This document shows, piece by piece, positions 1-13,098 of a DNA stretch of 64,000 nt. The first letter of the stretch is position 1. The number at the start of each line of letters is the position of its first letter. The notes under the pieces were generated by a model that did no database searches, had not been told where the DNA came from, and was given only the letters and a program-made list of their open reading frames with translations. The stretch is from Chara braunii. Taxonomy: Eukaryota; Plantae; Charophyceae. The stretch is taken from positions 3,940,440 to 4,004,439 of the forward strand of contig BFEA01000003.1 of the NCBI GenBank assembly GCA_003427395.1. Reading direction: 5' to 3'. The translations under genes were made by a program, and so were the position numbers.

Positions 1-724
1 GCAATGAGTGTGTTTTTAGTGTTTTTTTCTAAGGGTAATTTGCCAAATACCCACATAAGTTGAGATATATGTCAAAATGTCCGTAAAAGATATGGGCACA
101 GTGGAATGACCTTTTGGGCTGAACTGTTTGTGTTATGCCCCTGTCAGGCAGGTGTGCAAATTCGCTGGTCTTTTGCAATTGCACCTACGGAAACCTGGCA
201 ACTGCCCGGGCATTTTGCAAAGTTGGGTAGCGTCCGGTTGGGGTACATTGCAGAGATGGGATCCAACTGATGGCGGGTGTGTTTCGCAAAATGTTTTTGT
301 CATCGTCCTTCGGCACAGCATAGCTGCGGCAGCTCCACTTGATTTATAATAAAGGACGACGACCTTGAGATATCATCTTTGTTCTGACCGGCCCCAGGTA
401 ATTCAGAATTCGCTGATTCTGTTCATGTGATTGCATCTGGATTGGAACTGAGGTCTGTATTTCAAACCAGGTTCATTGGGTGTACCAACTGAGCTAGTCC
501 CATTGGTTTCTTCTTCCTTTCTCCTTTTCTCCTTTCTCGCTTCTTGTTTGCCCTTATGGTCTTGTCGGGATACTGTCTGTTTTGCATTCGTCTTGAGGAT
601 GCATCTAGTCTGTCTTCTGTCATTTTTCATGTGCTTGTGCTTCATGAACTAGTTACAAACAACGGGCTATCTCTAGGTCGTGGGAGCCAAGCACATGGCC
701 AGGAAGGTCAGGAAGGTACATGAG

Positions 725-797
725 GGCAATGGGGATTGGACCCAAGACCTCCTGAAGGCCATTTGTGTGCCTTACCAACTGAGCTGGGTCGCTGGAT
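725..797 (-). mobile_element. tRNA-derived SINE-like head (Pol III A/B box)
   Basis: Minus strand reads gatccagcgacccAGCTCAGTTGGtaaggcacac...GGGTCCAATCCCcattg, i.e. an A-box and a B-box-like motif at tRNA spacing. A related copy lies at 5955-6030. Confidence 0.55.
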
Positions 798-1347
798 CTC
801 TAACTGTTACACCCGTTGACTTGGCCATGGTTGATATAGTTTTGTGTCTGTTTTTTTTTTTGGGTCTAAAAAAGTTGACATTTTGTTTCTTGGGAAAATT
901 GTTGAAATGCCCCTGAAAATTCGGGTATTTGTTCAGGCACCCCTAAAAGGCATGGGTATGGCGAAATGCCCCTATGACAGTTGTTAAACTTTGCGAAATA
1001 CCCCACTTGCCAATTGGACCTGTCATCTTTTGCATAGATCCCTACCGGGCCCTGGGCTACTTGTCTCTATGCCCTGGTATTTTAGGCCGTTGNACCNTGC
1101 AGACGNCGAAAGAAATGCACGGCCCCCCTGCAGCCCAGGGCCAGGGCATACGGTGAAGTTGCCAATGAGCGGGACGCGGGCAGATGCAGAAGTTTGGGCC
1201 ATTTCACCGTACCCCTATGTTTTATGGGTATATGACGAAATACCCAAACTTTTAGGGGCATTTCAACAATTTCCCTTGTTTCCTTTGGGCTGCTAGTAGC
1301 TGGATGTTGACCGTTGCCGAGGCACTCACCAAATGTGAAAACCACTA

Positions 1348-1452
1348 CCGTTTTCCCCTGAACATAACCCACCCTGAAAATGAACGTATGCAAGGCATGT
1401 TTCCTGCCCGATACGGTCAAAATGAGGGTGCGTTGTGTTCGGGGCAAGACTG
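1348..1452. repeat. small foldback dispersed repeat (copy of 54488-54710 family)
   Basis: ttttcccctgaacataacccaccct ... agggtgcgttgtgttcggggcaagac form inverted arms; the same arms recur at ~54490-54592. Confidence 0.55.
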
Positions 1453-1894
1453 TAACTGTGGCCGTTGTATCTTGCCACGTTGTAGTGGAGTATACATTGG
1501 GCCTTGCCACACGGCTCCGGAGTTCGATAAAATTGTGGGAGTGCTCCGGAACAGGAAATCCCATTCAAGAGTGCCCCTTTGGCCACACTGCACTCTCAAA
1601 CGGCCCGCCCTCCCAAGTTTGAAAATGACAGTTGCCACAATTGGGGGCACGTTCAGCATTCAGTGTGAACCAGTCTGACAAAAGTCTGTTTGTCCCTTTG
1701 AGCTCCACTCGCGAATCTGGGATGAAACCCGGAGATCCGAAGGAGCTCTTCTGAAAATGCAGCTTTGCAGGCTGCGGTTGCGGGAGTGCTCTCGGGAGCC
1801 ACATCTGACAGCTCCCAAATTCAATCTGACAGATCAAATTCGGGAGCTCTTGTGGCAACGCCTCGGAAGTAGTGTGGCGAGGGCCAAAGAGTGG

Positions 1895-2720
1895 CAGCAG
1901 AGGCTTGTTCGCCCAGGCCGCCTCTCCAATTTTCAGCCCAAAACGGACCGCTTCTCGAAGCAGAGGCTTGTCCGGCCAGGCCGCCTCTCAAATTTTCAGC
2001 CCAAAACCGACCGCCTCTCGAAGCAGAGGCTTGTCCGCCCAGGCCGCCTCTCAAATTTTCAGCCCAAAATGGACCGCCTGTCGAATTTTCAGCCCAAAAC
2101 GGACCACCTCTCGAAGCAGAGGCTTGTCCGCCCAGGTCGTCTCTCGAATTTTCAGCCCAAAACGGACCGCCTCTCAAATTTTCAGGCCAAAACGGACCGC
2201 CTCTCGAATTTTCAGCCCAAAATGGACCGCCTGTCGAAGCAGAGGCTTGTCCGCCCAGGCCGCCTCTCGAATTCTCAGCCCAGAACGGACCACCTCTTGA
2301 ATTTTCAGGCCAAAACGGACCGCCTCTCAAATTTTCAGCCCAAAATGGACCGACCGTTGGAGGTCTCCCGAAAATGCTAGTTCGTAGGCGTGAGGCGCAA
2401 GCAGTTTCGGGAGTGCCTCTCGAATTTTCAGGCCAAAACGGACCGACTGTTGGAGGTCTCCTGAAAATGCTAGTTCGCAGGCGTGAGGCGCAAGCAGTTT
2501 CAGGAGTGCCTCTCGAATTTTCAGGCCAAAACGGACGGCCTCTTGAATTTTCAGGCCAAAACGGACCGCCTCTCGAATTTTCAGGCCAAAACGGACCGCC
2601 TCAAAATTTCAGGCCAAAATGGACCGCCTCTCGAATTTTCAAGCCAAAATGGACCGACTGTTGGAGGTCTCCCGAAAATGCTAGTTCGTAGGCGTGAGGC
2701 GCAAGCAGTTTCAGGAGTGC
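1895..2720. repeat. compound minisatellite (~29-bp subunits)
   Basis: Many copies of ttttcag(c/g)ccaaaa(c/t)ggaccgcctctcgaa, interleaved first with gcagaggcttgtccgcccaggccg and later with ttggaggtctcccgaaaatgctagttcg. Flanked by a direct repeat ctgacagctccc...tctgacagatcaaa at ~1805 and ~2737. Confidence 0.9.
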
Positions 2721-2884
2721 TCTGGGGAGCAACATTCTGACAGCTCCCGAATTTAAATCTGACAGATCAAACTCGGGAGCTGATGTGGCACCACCGCAAC
2801 CCTGAAAACAACCACTTTCGGGAGTAGTGTGGCGACACCCATTCTTCTCCAATTTACTGAGGCCCATTGCCAGAAACTGCAGCA

Positions 2885-2981
2885 ACGTCCCTCTAGCTTA
2901 AGGGGATTGCATTTAACACGTCCCTCTAACTAGGGGATTGCATTTAACACGTCCCTCTAGCTAAGGGGATTGCATTTAACG
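2885..2981. repeat. short tandem repeat (~34-bp unit, ~3 copies)
   Basis: acgtccctcta...aggggattgcatttaac occurs three times in tandem. Confidence 0.85.
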
Positions 2982-5954
2982 CCAGAATCTGGTCATGTTT
3001 GTGGAGAGATGCAGGAAACAGAGGTCTGATCTGCTTTACTGCATGTCTGCATAAAACTCATCCAGATTCAGGCGCTTAATGCAATCCTGTTTGCTAGTGT
3101 GACCTCGCCCCAGCAGAGCCAAACAGGATTTACTCTCTTTTTTTTTTCAACTCAATTTTCGTGCTTTCTTAGGAACGTTAAGAAGGCGCATGAGGAAGTT
3201 TCCGCTCCCGATCTATGCTCCATCGCCTCTGCTCCTCGCTATTTCCTCTCCTAGCTAATCAGCAAGCCTACGAGCAGTGTCGAGCTCAAAGAAAAGGCAG
3301 CAACAACCCGTGAAGAAAAGAGTTACGGAGCAGATGGTACTCCCGATCAGGAGCACAAAGCGCTTAGAGGTCAAGCAGAGAAAAACTCCCTCAGAGAGGC
3401 ACACAACAAAAAGTGTGTTGACTATGGCGAGATTCAAAAGTGGAGCGAGGTGGAGGAGAAGAAAGAAAGCGGTGTTTCACTCAGGCGTGAAGGGGCACAG
3501 GTGAGGTACAACAGTTTCGGCGGGGCAGGTGGTGATGGTCTGCATGACGCTTGGCCAGGGTATGACTAGGCGCAACGTGGCGAAGCCAAAATCAGGAGGG
3601 TGCCACTGGCTGGGAATGTTACCACTTCCTCCACCCCTTGCTGTTCCTCCTCCAGGTCCCAGTCGACGAAGAAGTCCATGCTGCTCGTCGGCACACTCTA
3701 CTTGCACCGCGTAAAAATTGGAACGCGCCGTGCTCTACCTGCTGTTCGAATCAATTGCCGCACGGTGGTCCGATGAATAGAACTCCCTACGCTTTGTTCT
3801 GATATAGTTGTGGTGCCTAACTAGGAATAGCATCCTTCCGATGGAAGCCACCTCCCCTAGTCACACGTTTGATGCAGCAATCCTACAGTCGTGGAAACAC
3901 AAAAGAAAAAAGAAAAAAGAAAAAAGAAAAAAGAAAAAAAAAGGAAAAAGGCAAAAAGACGAAAAAAAAAAGCGGGGGGGGAAGAAAAAGAAACCAAGGC
4001 CGATGGATCAAAGGACTATTCCAGGTCCCAAGCGCCCACCACCCGTGTACTAACCCGGCCCCCATCCTTTCGTTATAGTCCGAGAGCGAGTTGCTCCCAC
4101 CATCCGTACCTAGCTAATTATGCTGCCCGGGAAGGTCCCATTCGAGGCCAATGACCCTCGTAGGCAAAAAAATAGAAAAAAGGGGAAAAAAAGGAAANNN
4201 NNNNNNNNNNNNNNNNNNNNNNNNNNNNNNNNNNNNNNNNNNNNNNNNNNNNNNNNNNNNNNNNNNNNNNNNNNNNNNNNNNNNNNNNNNNNNNNNNNNN
4301 NNNNNNNNNNNNNNNNNNNNNNNNNNNNNNNNNNNNNNNNNNNNNNNNNNNNNNNNNNNNNNNNNNNNNNNNNNNNNNNNNNNNNNNNNNNNNNNNNNNN
4401 NNNNNNNNNNNNNNNNNNNNNNNNNNNNNNNNNNNNNNNNNNNNNNNNNNNNNNNNNNNNNNNNNNNNNNNNNNNNNNNNNNNNNNNNNNNNNNNNNNNN
4501 NNNNNNNNNNNNNNNNNNNNNNNNNNNNNNNNNNNNNNNNNNNNNNNNNNNNNNNNNNNNNNNNNNNNNNNNNNNNNNNNNNNNNNNNNNNNNNNNNNNN
4601 NNNNNNNNNNNNNNNNNNNNNNNNNNNNNNNNNNNNNNNNNNNNNNNNNNNNNNNNNNNNNNNNNNNNNNNNNNNNNNNNNNNNNNNNNNNNNNNNNNNN
4701 NNNNNNNNNNNNNNNNNNNNNNNNNNNNNNNNNNNNNNNNNNNNNNNNNNNNNNNNNNNNNNNNNNNNNNNNNNNNNNNNNNNNNNNNNNNNNNNNNNNN
4801 NNNNNNNNNNNNNNNNNNNNNNNNNNNNNNNNNNNNNNNNNNNNNNNNNNNNNNNNNNNNNNNNNNNNNNNNNNNNNNNNNNNNNNNNNNNNNNNNNNNN
4901 NNNNNNNNNNNNNNNNNNNNNNNNNNNNNNNNNNNNNNNNNNNNNNNNNNNNNNNNNNNNNNNNNNNNNNNNNNNNNNNNNNNNNNNNNNNNNNNNNNNN
5001 NNNNNNNNNNNNNNNNNNNNNNNNNNNNNNNNNNNNNNNNNNNNNNNNNNNNNNNNNNNNNNNNNNNNNNNNNNNNNNNNNNNNNNNNNNNNNNNNNNNN
5101 NNNNNNNNNNNNNNNNNNNNNNNNNNNNNNNNNNNNNNNNNNNNNNNGAGAAATTTGAATCATGGTCATAGGGGCACGACAGGGTAAGTGGGCCGTCGGC
5201 AGGGCGCGACTCACATAATGGAAACTACAGGGGCGCCAGACAAAGTTTCCCAAAAAGCTTTCAGGCTTTTCAGCAGCATTTGATTCTCTTGTTTTGCACT
5301 TGTTTCGAGTTTTTAATTTGCAATAACTGTGTCACACTGTTGAGCTAGCTGAATTCAAGGGTGTAAGTGGGACATGGCCCCCGGGGACAGCCATATATTT
5401 TTCTCTCACCTCACATATCATGCAAGGTCCTGCATGGAACATATCTTCTTTTCGGAACCTACCACTACTCCTAAGGCTATACAGGGTACCCCTGCCAGCA
5501 TAGATTTCTACCTTTCTTCTGCAAAGGGAGGTTACCTCTGTCGGTGGAGAGGGGTAATAGCATGTTTGCCCCTTTGCGCTAGCGTTTAGCGTGCAGGGTT
5601 GAGGCCGCCGGTGGGGGCCCACCGGGCTAACACAAGGAGGGAGCATTTGCCAGTAAATGTGCCTCCCTTTTCATCTTCACCGCCCCCCATAAAGTAACAG
5701 TAGTGTGTAAAGCCAACACTCTCCCACACACCACACCCAACCCACCTTTTCATCTCCCACACACCACACCCAACCCACTCACACACTATCTCACACACCA
5801 CACCCAACCCACCTTTTCATCTCCCACACACCACGCCCAACCCACTCACACACGCACTCACACCCCTGTTGGGCGAAGACCTTACTAATACTGACTGGGA
5901 GGATCCAGCTGACTATCTCAGTATCTCAGTTGGTTGGCACCAAGAGTGCAACAG

Positions 5955-6030
5955 GGGACCGTGGGGATTGAACCCACGCCCTCCTGAATGCCACTTGTGT
6001 GCCTAACCAATTGAGCTAGGCCGCTGCATT
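5955..6030 (-). mobile_element. tRNA-derived SINE-like head, second copy
   Basis: Minus strand reads gcagcggccTAGCTCAATTGGttaggcacacaagtggcattcaggagggcgtgGGTTCAATCCCcacgg. It has A and B boxes and aligns with 725-797. Confidence 0.6.
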
Positions 6031-6450
6031 GGATGGTGATATCTCAAGGTCGTCGCCGTTGGAAGGGAAAAAGGGGAAAAAGGAAGAAAAGGAACACCAA
6101 AAAAGAACCGTTCCAGCCCACGTGGATGTACTGTCCTTTGCTCTGACGTAACTGGGTGACNGCCGAAGCGATGTGCCTCCGCCGCACAACTGACCGATTG
6201 TGATAACGACAGAAAACTATGAAAANTATGGCAAAAAAAAGAAAAAAAGAAAAAAAAAGAAAACTATGGCGGGTGTATCCACGCTTTAGAGGAAGATACA
6301 TGCTCCGTCTGGACAGATTCACTGAGTAGTGCAGCGAAGGCCTATGTTGGGTGATGAGCTCGAATCATATGGACTCACATGGGTCCAATCCATAATCAGC
6401 ACAATGATGTAGGGGACATAAAAAAGGAGGGAGGGCAAGGATATATGGCT

Positions 6451-6491
<41 letters not shown>

Positions 6492-6874
6492 NNNNNNNNN
6501 NNNNNNNNNNNNNNNNNNNNNNNNNNNNNNNNNNNNNNNNNNNNNNNNNNNNNNNNNNNNNNNNNNNNNNNNNNNNNNNNNNNNNNNNNNNNNNNNNNNN
6601 NNNNNNNNNNNNNNNNNNNNNNNNNNNNNNNNNNNNNNNNNNNNNNNNNNNNNNNNNNNNNNNNNNNNNNNNNNNNNNNNNNNNNNNNNNNNNNNNNNNN
6701 NNNNNNNNNNNNNNNNNNNNNNNNNNNNNNNNNNNNNNNNNNNNNNNNNNNNNNNNNNNNNNNNNNNNNNNNNNNNNNNNNNNNNNNNNNNNNNNNNNNN
6801 NNNNNNNNNNNNNNNNNNNNNNNNNNNNNNNNNNNNNNNNNNNNAGAGAGGTGTGTGTGTGTGTGTGTGTGTGT

Positions 6875-6926
<52 letters not shown>
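6451..6926. repeat. (GT)n/(GA)n microsatellite spanning an assembly gap
   Basis: Dinucleotide runs on both sides of the N run. Confidence 0.9.
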
Positions 6927-6994
6927 AAACAAGAAAAAAATATAGGTTGTGCGTGATGTGTACGTAGCAGCCTTTGCGGACTCAAGCCAGCCGG

Positions 6995-9193
6995 TGTCGG
7001 GCGGCTGCCTACCAGCCGATGTTTTTTTTTTCTTAAAAATGGGAAACATTTTCTTTCTTTGCTGTTTTTTGCGTGGTTTTGACGTATGCATGCGTGTGAG
7101 TATGCTGTTTTTGGATGTCCTCGGGGTTCCGGGCCTTCATAACTAACCCTTTGATTGACCGAAGTGGTGTTCCGAATCTTGGTCGCAAGCGGGCTCGGGC
7201 GGATCATGAAAGACGGGAGTTTTCGGAATCGGGAACTGAAAATGCGGGGCAGACGATGTACATCTGAATGGGCCTTGGACGGAACAAGAGCGGGCGGCCG
7301 GTAAAAGTCCAAAACTTCTGTCATGTGCATGGTCTGCGATGCCGGGTGATCGAATGGAACGTCACGATGGCCGACGCGATCCTGATGCTGAGGCCGCACC
7401 GGAAGGCGCCCACGGCCTCATGGTGCAAGTTAAAAGATCAGGAATAAAGAAATTAATGGCCTGCGAGGCGGGCTGGTCTACTATGAGCACGGATACTCCT
7501 CGCCGAAGGCACGAGCAGGGGCGTTCCATGCCCAAGAAGGGGCGTTGACCGAGTTGGGACAGATCACCACCAAATCTGGGAGGGGAAAACTACGGCGGCG
7601 GCCTGAGGCCGACCCCGTATCTAGGCGGTCTGGAATGGCCAGGTGTAAGAACCGCACGGAGGAAAGCGGAAGTCAAAGGGGAGAGGGGGCTCAGGCAGAC
7701 TCCGTTTTTCATCAGGGCAGCCAAAAGGCTAGTGGCGACACCAGGGCCTGGCGACTATGCCACCGGCTTGGAGGCCGACCTTTTGCATGCCATGAATATC
7801 CTGAACAGTGCCGCCCGACCTGCACCTTTTCGAACGATGCTGCAGAAATCCGGAGAATGAATGCTGCACGAAGCCGGGAACAATGGCTGACTGAGTAATC
7901 AAGCCAGTTGGGTACTCGCTTCGACGGCCGAAACTTGAAGGAGGTAGCGGCTGAGGAAGAAGAGAAGAACGGCCAATAGGCGAAGAAACGGCAGTTGGAG
8001 GAAAGGAACCGCTGACCGGCTGTCGGGAGGAAAGTGCACGGATTTTTGCAGGAGATCTTGGGCGAGCGGGTCTCGAGCAAAGAGCGGGGGGGTTTCTCGT
8101 GGGCTGAGAACAGCGGCGGGAAAACGGTTGAAGACGAGCGCCTCCACGCTCGCTAGCCTCCGAGGAAACGAAGAAGGAACGACGAATGAAAGGAGTGAGA
8201 TGGGAAATCTGAGGGAGAGAAGCCAGCGACCCGAGCGCGAAGAGGGATTGGATGGGAAAGAGAAGGGAGGATCGAGGGAGAGACAGCGGGAAGACGAAAA
8301 TTTCGCGAAAACCTCGAAAATCTCCCGCCCATACTAAAGCTATCACGACGCGAGCAGATAGAGTTGGCCGGGCCGAGAGTATATAAGGGGAAAAGGAGAG
8401 AAGGAGGGGGGCGCACGAAGAGCACGATCGGGAGCACGAGAGATTCTAAGTGCGCACAAGCGAAAGACGGTCTCGTACGGGGTAGCGCTCGGCGTCCAAG
8501 AGAAAAGGAGAGAGGGAGAGGTAAAGAAAGGGAGTTCTGCGCTCGTGCGCTCGAGAGAGAGAGGAAGAGAGCCCTCCGTTCGTGTGCTTGAGAGAGAGAG
8601 AAGGAGAGCCCCAAGCACGCGGGCTCATTCGAAAGGGGGAGAGGGAGAAGGAGAACTCTGCGCTCGCACGCTCGTTCGAGAGAGAGAGAGAGAGAGAGGG
8701 AAAGAGAGTTCCGCGCTCGTGCGTTCGAGGGAGGGAGAAGGAGAACTATGCGCTCGCACGCTNNNNNNNNNNNNNNNNNNNNNNNNNNNNNNNNNNNNNN
8801 NNNNNNNNNNNNNNNNNNNNNNNNNNNNNNNNNNNNNNNNNNNNNNNNNNNNNNNNNNNNNNNNNNNNNNNNNNNNNNNNNNNNNNNNNNNNNNNNNNNN
8901 NNNNNNNNNNNNNNNNNNNNNNNNNNNNNNNNNNNNNNNNNNNNNNNNNNNNNNNNNNNNNNNNNNNNNNNNNNNNNNNNNNNNNNNNNNNNNNNNNNNN
9001 NNNNNNNNNNNNNNNNNNNNNNNNNNNNNNNNNNNNNNNNNNNNNNNNNNNNNNNNNNNNNNNNNNNNNNNNNNNNNNNNNNNNNNNNNNNNNNNNNNNN
9101 NNNNNNNNNNNNNNNNNNNNNNNNNNNNNNNNNNNNNNNNNNNNNNNNNNNNNNNNNNNNNNNNNNNNNNNNNNNNNNNNNNNNNNNNNNNNN

Positions 9194-9268
<75 letters not shown>

Positions 9269-11463
9269 CGAGTTCCGCACCCGTGCGCTCGAGAGAGGGA
9301 GAGCTTTGAGCTCGTGTGCTCGTTCGAGAGAGAGAGAGAGAAAGAGAGGGAGAGAGAAGGAGAGAGAGAGGGCTCGGCATTCGCAGGACAGAGTACCTCC
9401 CGACCCAGACCAGAGGCCACTGGGGGAGGGAACAGGAAAGCTATTCGGGATTCGAGCAACTGAGCCACGGCTAGTGAGGAGAAGGCTCGGCTCCCTCGTT
9501 GGACCTGCTCACGCGCGCTCGGGCTCGGGGGAGTTCGAAAGCAAAGGAGGGGGAATGGGACGGTAGAAAGGAGGAAGAAGAAGGAGAGGCAGCGCTCGGG
9601 GGACGGAGCACAGAGATGCCATTATCGTACCCATGGTCAAGCATGGTAGCAATGGCCGCGGGCGGTCAGAAAAGGAAAAGAAACGAAGGGGAGGGGGCAA
9701 GTACCTGCTGAGTGGGGAGAACTAGGAAAACGAAAGGGGCGAGAAGGGGGTCTAGGGAAGGTGCGAGGCGTGCTCCTCAGTGTCGGCCGTAGTCTCGGCT
9801 AGTGGCCACAGCAAGGTCTCAAGATCAGCGCGCCGGGTTTTCGTCTTTCGAAACCACTTACTTCGAAGTTTGCCGGTTGCCGCTCTCCCGCTCGCCTGGC
9901 ATAGTCGCGAGCTCGGGGGCCGTTGTTTACTCCTTCGGGGAGCTGCCGAACTCTCCTATGAACAAGCCGTCGGCTACCGAACTCTCGCCGAGCCCGACTC
10001 GAAAGATTGGCAAAAGCCCCTCCCGGCAGCTCGCCGGTACATTATCGGCTCTCCCTGAGAGAACGCTGAGCTCATCGGGTCATCCGGTCGCTCGACAGTT
10101 CGAAGCTCAAGCCGCATAGGCACTGATTACTAGCTCGATTTGCGAAATCGCTGAGTCTGTCAGGTTAGCTGGTTACTTGCTTGCTTAATTGCTGCGATGA
10201 ATCAAGTTGTGTGGTCGCTGAGTCTTTCGGGTTCTCTGGTTACTCGTTCGATCGAAGTCAAGTTCCGGGCTCGCCNNNNNNNNNNNNNNNNNNNNNNNNN
10301 NNNNNCAAGTTCCGGGCTCGCCGGTCGCTCTTCGGTTACGAGCTCGATTTGCATAATTGCAGAGTTAGTCGGGTTCGCTGGTTACTTGTTTGCTTAATTG
10401 TTGTGATTGATCAAGTTGCATGGTNGCTGAGTCTGTCGGGTTCTCGGGTTACTCGTTCGATCGAAGTCGAGTTCCGGGCTCGCCGGTCGCTCGTCNGTTA
10501 CGAGCTCGATTTGCATAATTGCTGAGTTAGTCGGGTTCGCCGGTCACTTGTTTGCTAAATTGCTGTGATCGGTCGAGTTGAGTGGTCACTGAGTTCGTCG
10601 GGCTCCCTGGTTGCTGGTCCTTTCGAACTCAAGGTTCGCCGAGTTCACTAGTCACTCTTCGATTAACAAGCCCGATTCACGTAATTGCTGAGTTTTCGCT
10701 GCGAACACGATTTGCATAATTGCAGAGTTAGTCGGGTGCACCGGCTACTTGTTTGCTACGAGTTCGGGCTGTCTAATTGCTGGGTTTGTTGGGTTGGCTG
10801 TTACTCGTTCTGCCCAATTTGCGAAATCTGCTCGTTCAAAGCTGTAATTGCCGAATTTGTCAGTCGGTTTCACTGGTCACTTCTACGTTATGGGCTCGAA
10901 TCTGCGAAACTGCAAAGCCTGTCTAGCTCATCGGTAGCTCGAGTTCTAGTAGCTAAGTTGTCGGGATCTTCGTTTACTCGCTACATCTGAGCCGCATCGC
11001 TGAGCCTGTCACGCTCGCCGGTCGCTATCTCCTCTTCCCCCATCCGCAAGAGCGGTGAAACCAAGTCTATCGAGCTCGCTGGACATCCCTAAGAACGTTG
11101 AGCCTGAGTCTGTTGAACTCGAGTTTGTTGAGCTCACTGTTCATTGCAAGCCATATCAGGAAGATCGAAGAGTCTGTTACCCCCTCCTTATCGAGCTCTA
11201 ATCGCGAAATCGCTGAGCTCGTCGACTGCTCCCGCTAGGAGCCTAAACTCCTTTAGTTCTCGCTCGTCCCGAGCGCTACTCGCTGCGCTCGCTAAGTTCG
11301 AGGGTCAAGAGCCCCTCAGCAAGCTCGCTAGTCTTCGTCGTCGTTGAGCTTACCGGTGATTTTGGGGACATCCCCGGGCTTCAAGTGTGTCAAGAGGGCG
11401 ACCCGCCACTAGACACAAGGGGGGGGGCGGTTGGTCAGAAGGGGGTCGGAACTTCGCCCGACA
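6995..11463 (+). repeat. 5' LTR of host element (~4.5 kb incl. gaps)
   Basis: Starts TGTCGGGCGG and ends CGCCCGACA. Colinear with 45184-50258 except for an ~880-bp segment. Contains TATATAA at 8380-8386, (GA)n tracts and a tandem array at ~10130-10900. Confidence 0.95.
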
Positions 11464-11466
11464 AAG

Positions 11467-11484
11467 TGGCGCCGTTGCCGGGGA
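11467..11484 (+). promoter_or_regulatory. primer binding site, tRNA-Asp type
   Basis: TGGCGCCGTTGCCGGGGA, 3 nt after the LTR end. It is complementary to the plant tRNA-Asp(GTC) 3' end ...TCCCCGGCAACGGCGCCA, the same PBS as Athila elements. Confidence 0.9.
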
Positions 11485-11958
11485 TGAGCATTTCTCCCGC
11501 GGCCGCAGCCGGCTCAGAAATTTGGTATAAGGGAGGACCAACGTGACAGGCAGCGGTGGGGCGAGTTTGGGGTATTTTCCATCATTCAGCATCGAGCACT
11601 TCAGCGCTCGACTTCAAGACGGTCGTCCTCGGCGTATCTGTTTTTTTCACCAGGTTCTGTTTTTCCTACAGGGTCATCGTCTGTTCCGGGGTTTTTTTTG
11701 GTGGTCGCGGTCCTTCTCGAGCCGCATCGGCAAGGGTTGTATTGGGGGCTTGGGTTTGGGCTTGTCGGGTGTGAGGGGCTTTGCGGTGTCGGGCTTCTCC
11801 TTGGTTTTTTTTTGCAGGTCCGCTCCTGCCCGCTTGCGACCTCGGCTCCCGCTCCCGGCCTCCGATGGGTAAAACAGGTCAGTTTTTCTTGTGTGAGTGC
11901 ATGATTTCGAGAGTGTTTATTTCTAAAAATTTAAAAATTAAGGGGGTGCATAGTTTGC

Positions 11959-12456
11959 TTGAGGGGTCTGATGAGGGGGAAAAACAACAAAAGGGTGGGA
12001 AGAAGAACCGTCCGAGAGAATAGTACGAGGGGGTCGGCTCAAGGGGGAGAGAGAGAGAGGTCGAGGGGAAGAGAGGAGAGAAGAGTCCGAGAGGGTCCGG
12101 GGGAGCTATCCATTTGGGACCCAAGGGGGTCGCCGAATATTCTTGACCCGCACGGGTTGTGGAGGGCGCCTACCCAAGGGCAAACTCACACACGAGAGGG
12201 AGTGTCTAGAAAGGAGTTCGGGCCTTCGGTCCTCGACCCGCAAGGGTTGTGGACGGGTTCCGTGCGAGAACCTACTCCCGCGAGGGGGCGGGATTCTCAA
12301 ATAGAGCCAGTTCGGTACTTGGTGGTGAGGGGAGTGGCACTCCGGGTATCGGGACAAGGGGGAGAGATAGACTCACCTACCGTTGTGAGAGAGGGGGTTA
12401 TAGAAGAGGAGGATACTTGGGGACCCATGGACGGGGGATCGGAGTCCGAGTCCTAG
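11959..12456 (+). CDS. possible leader ORF with internal repeats (WDPRGS / LDPHGLW / LDPQGLW)
   Basis: 165-aa ORF (first ATG 11971) in the purine-rich leader with a thrice-repeated motif. No recognisable homology. Confidence 0.3.
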   Translation: MRGLMRGKNNKRVGRRTVRENSTRGSAQGGERERSRGREERRVREGPGELSIWDPRGSPNILDPHGLWRAPTQGQTHTREGVSRKEFGPSVLDPQGLWTGSVREPTPARGRDSQIEPVRYLVVRGVALRVSGQGGEIDSPTVVREGVIEEEDTWGPMDGGSESES

Positions 12457-13098
12457 GTGGACCGGCGTCAAGCTGATTTCTTGGACTCGGACCTGGGGGA
12501 CTATTGGGATTATGGAAACGATTACTGAAGACCACAAGGTACGTATGCTTGTCTACTCAACCTGAGGGTCTCTTCTTAAAGCTCCGCTTTCCCGCCCCAC
12601 TTTTTTTTGACTCCCCGATTTGAATTCCTGTGATTCCAATGGAGAGGAGAGGCATCCGGAGGCGGAAAAGGGAGAAGGGAACGTTGTGCGAAGAGTTCAC
12701 GATGAGGAGAGTGGGAGGGAGTAGATAGGCTAGTGATCTCTGATAAATAGGTGGATCTTGTCCTGGGACCCAGGTAATTCCACGCTTGAGGTGGGCCGAG
12801 TAGAGGCGTGGTGCCGGATAGGCTAACTTAGGACTAGGGGTCTGTTCAGTGAGGGACATAGGACCCGGGTGTGCGACTTCGGTCCGACTTCCGGGGAGGG
12901 GGTTGCCACCCTTCCTCGGGGATAACCTGTGTCCGCGGCTAGTCTCTATGACGGGAGTGGGAAGGGGTCTCTCAGGGGGGGAGGACAGGAAGGTAGCCGA
13001 GTGAGCTCACAGGCTTCTTCTCCTTGCGGAATAGAAGTGGTCTATCGAGTGGCCAAAAAGAAACAGAAACTTAGAGATTTTTCTTTTGATTATATTGC

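Noticed and set aside
1757-2691. 207-aa and 266-aa repetitive ORFs
   Set aside because: They arise from the minisatellite, are open in several frames and on both strands, and show no domain signal.
1895-2720. CRISPR-like appearance of repeats (also 28593-28713 and 37490-38460)
   Set aside because: The intervening sequences are themselves repeated, there are no unique spacers or cas genes, and the context is eukaryotic.
3180-4196. Possible retroelement 3' end with A-rich tracts and a Lys-rich ORF
   Set aside because: The ORFs derive from poly-A low complexity, no diagnostic domain is recognised, and the region is truncated by a gap.
4114-9566. Long ORFs spanning N runs and (GT)n/(GA)n tracts (also 47423-48494, 53776-54726, 63261-63963)
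   Set aside because: Artefacts of assembly gaps and microsatellites.
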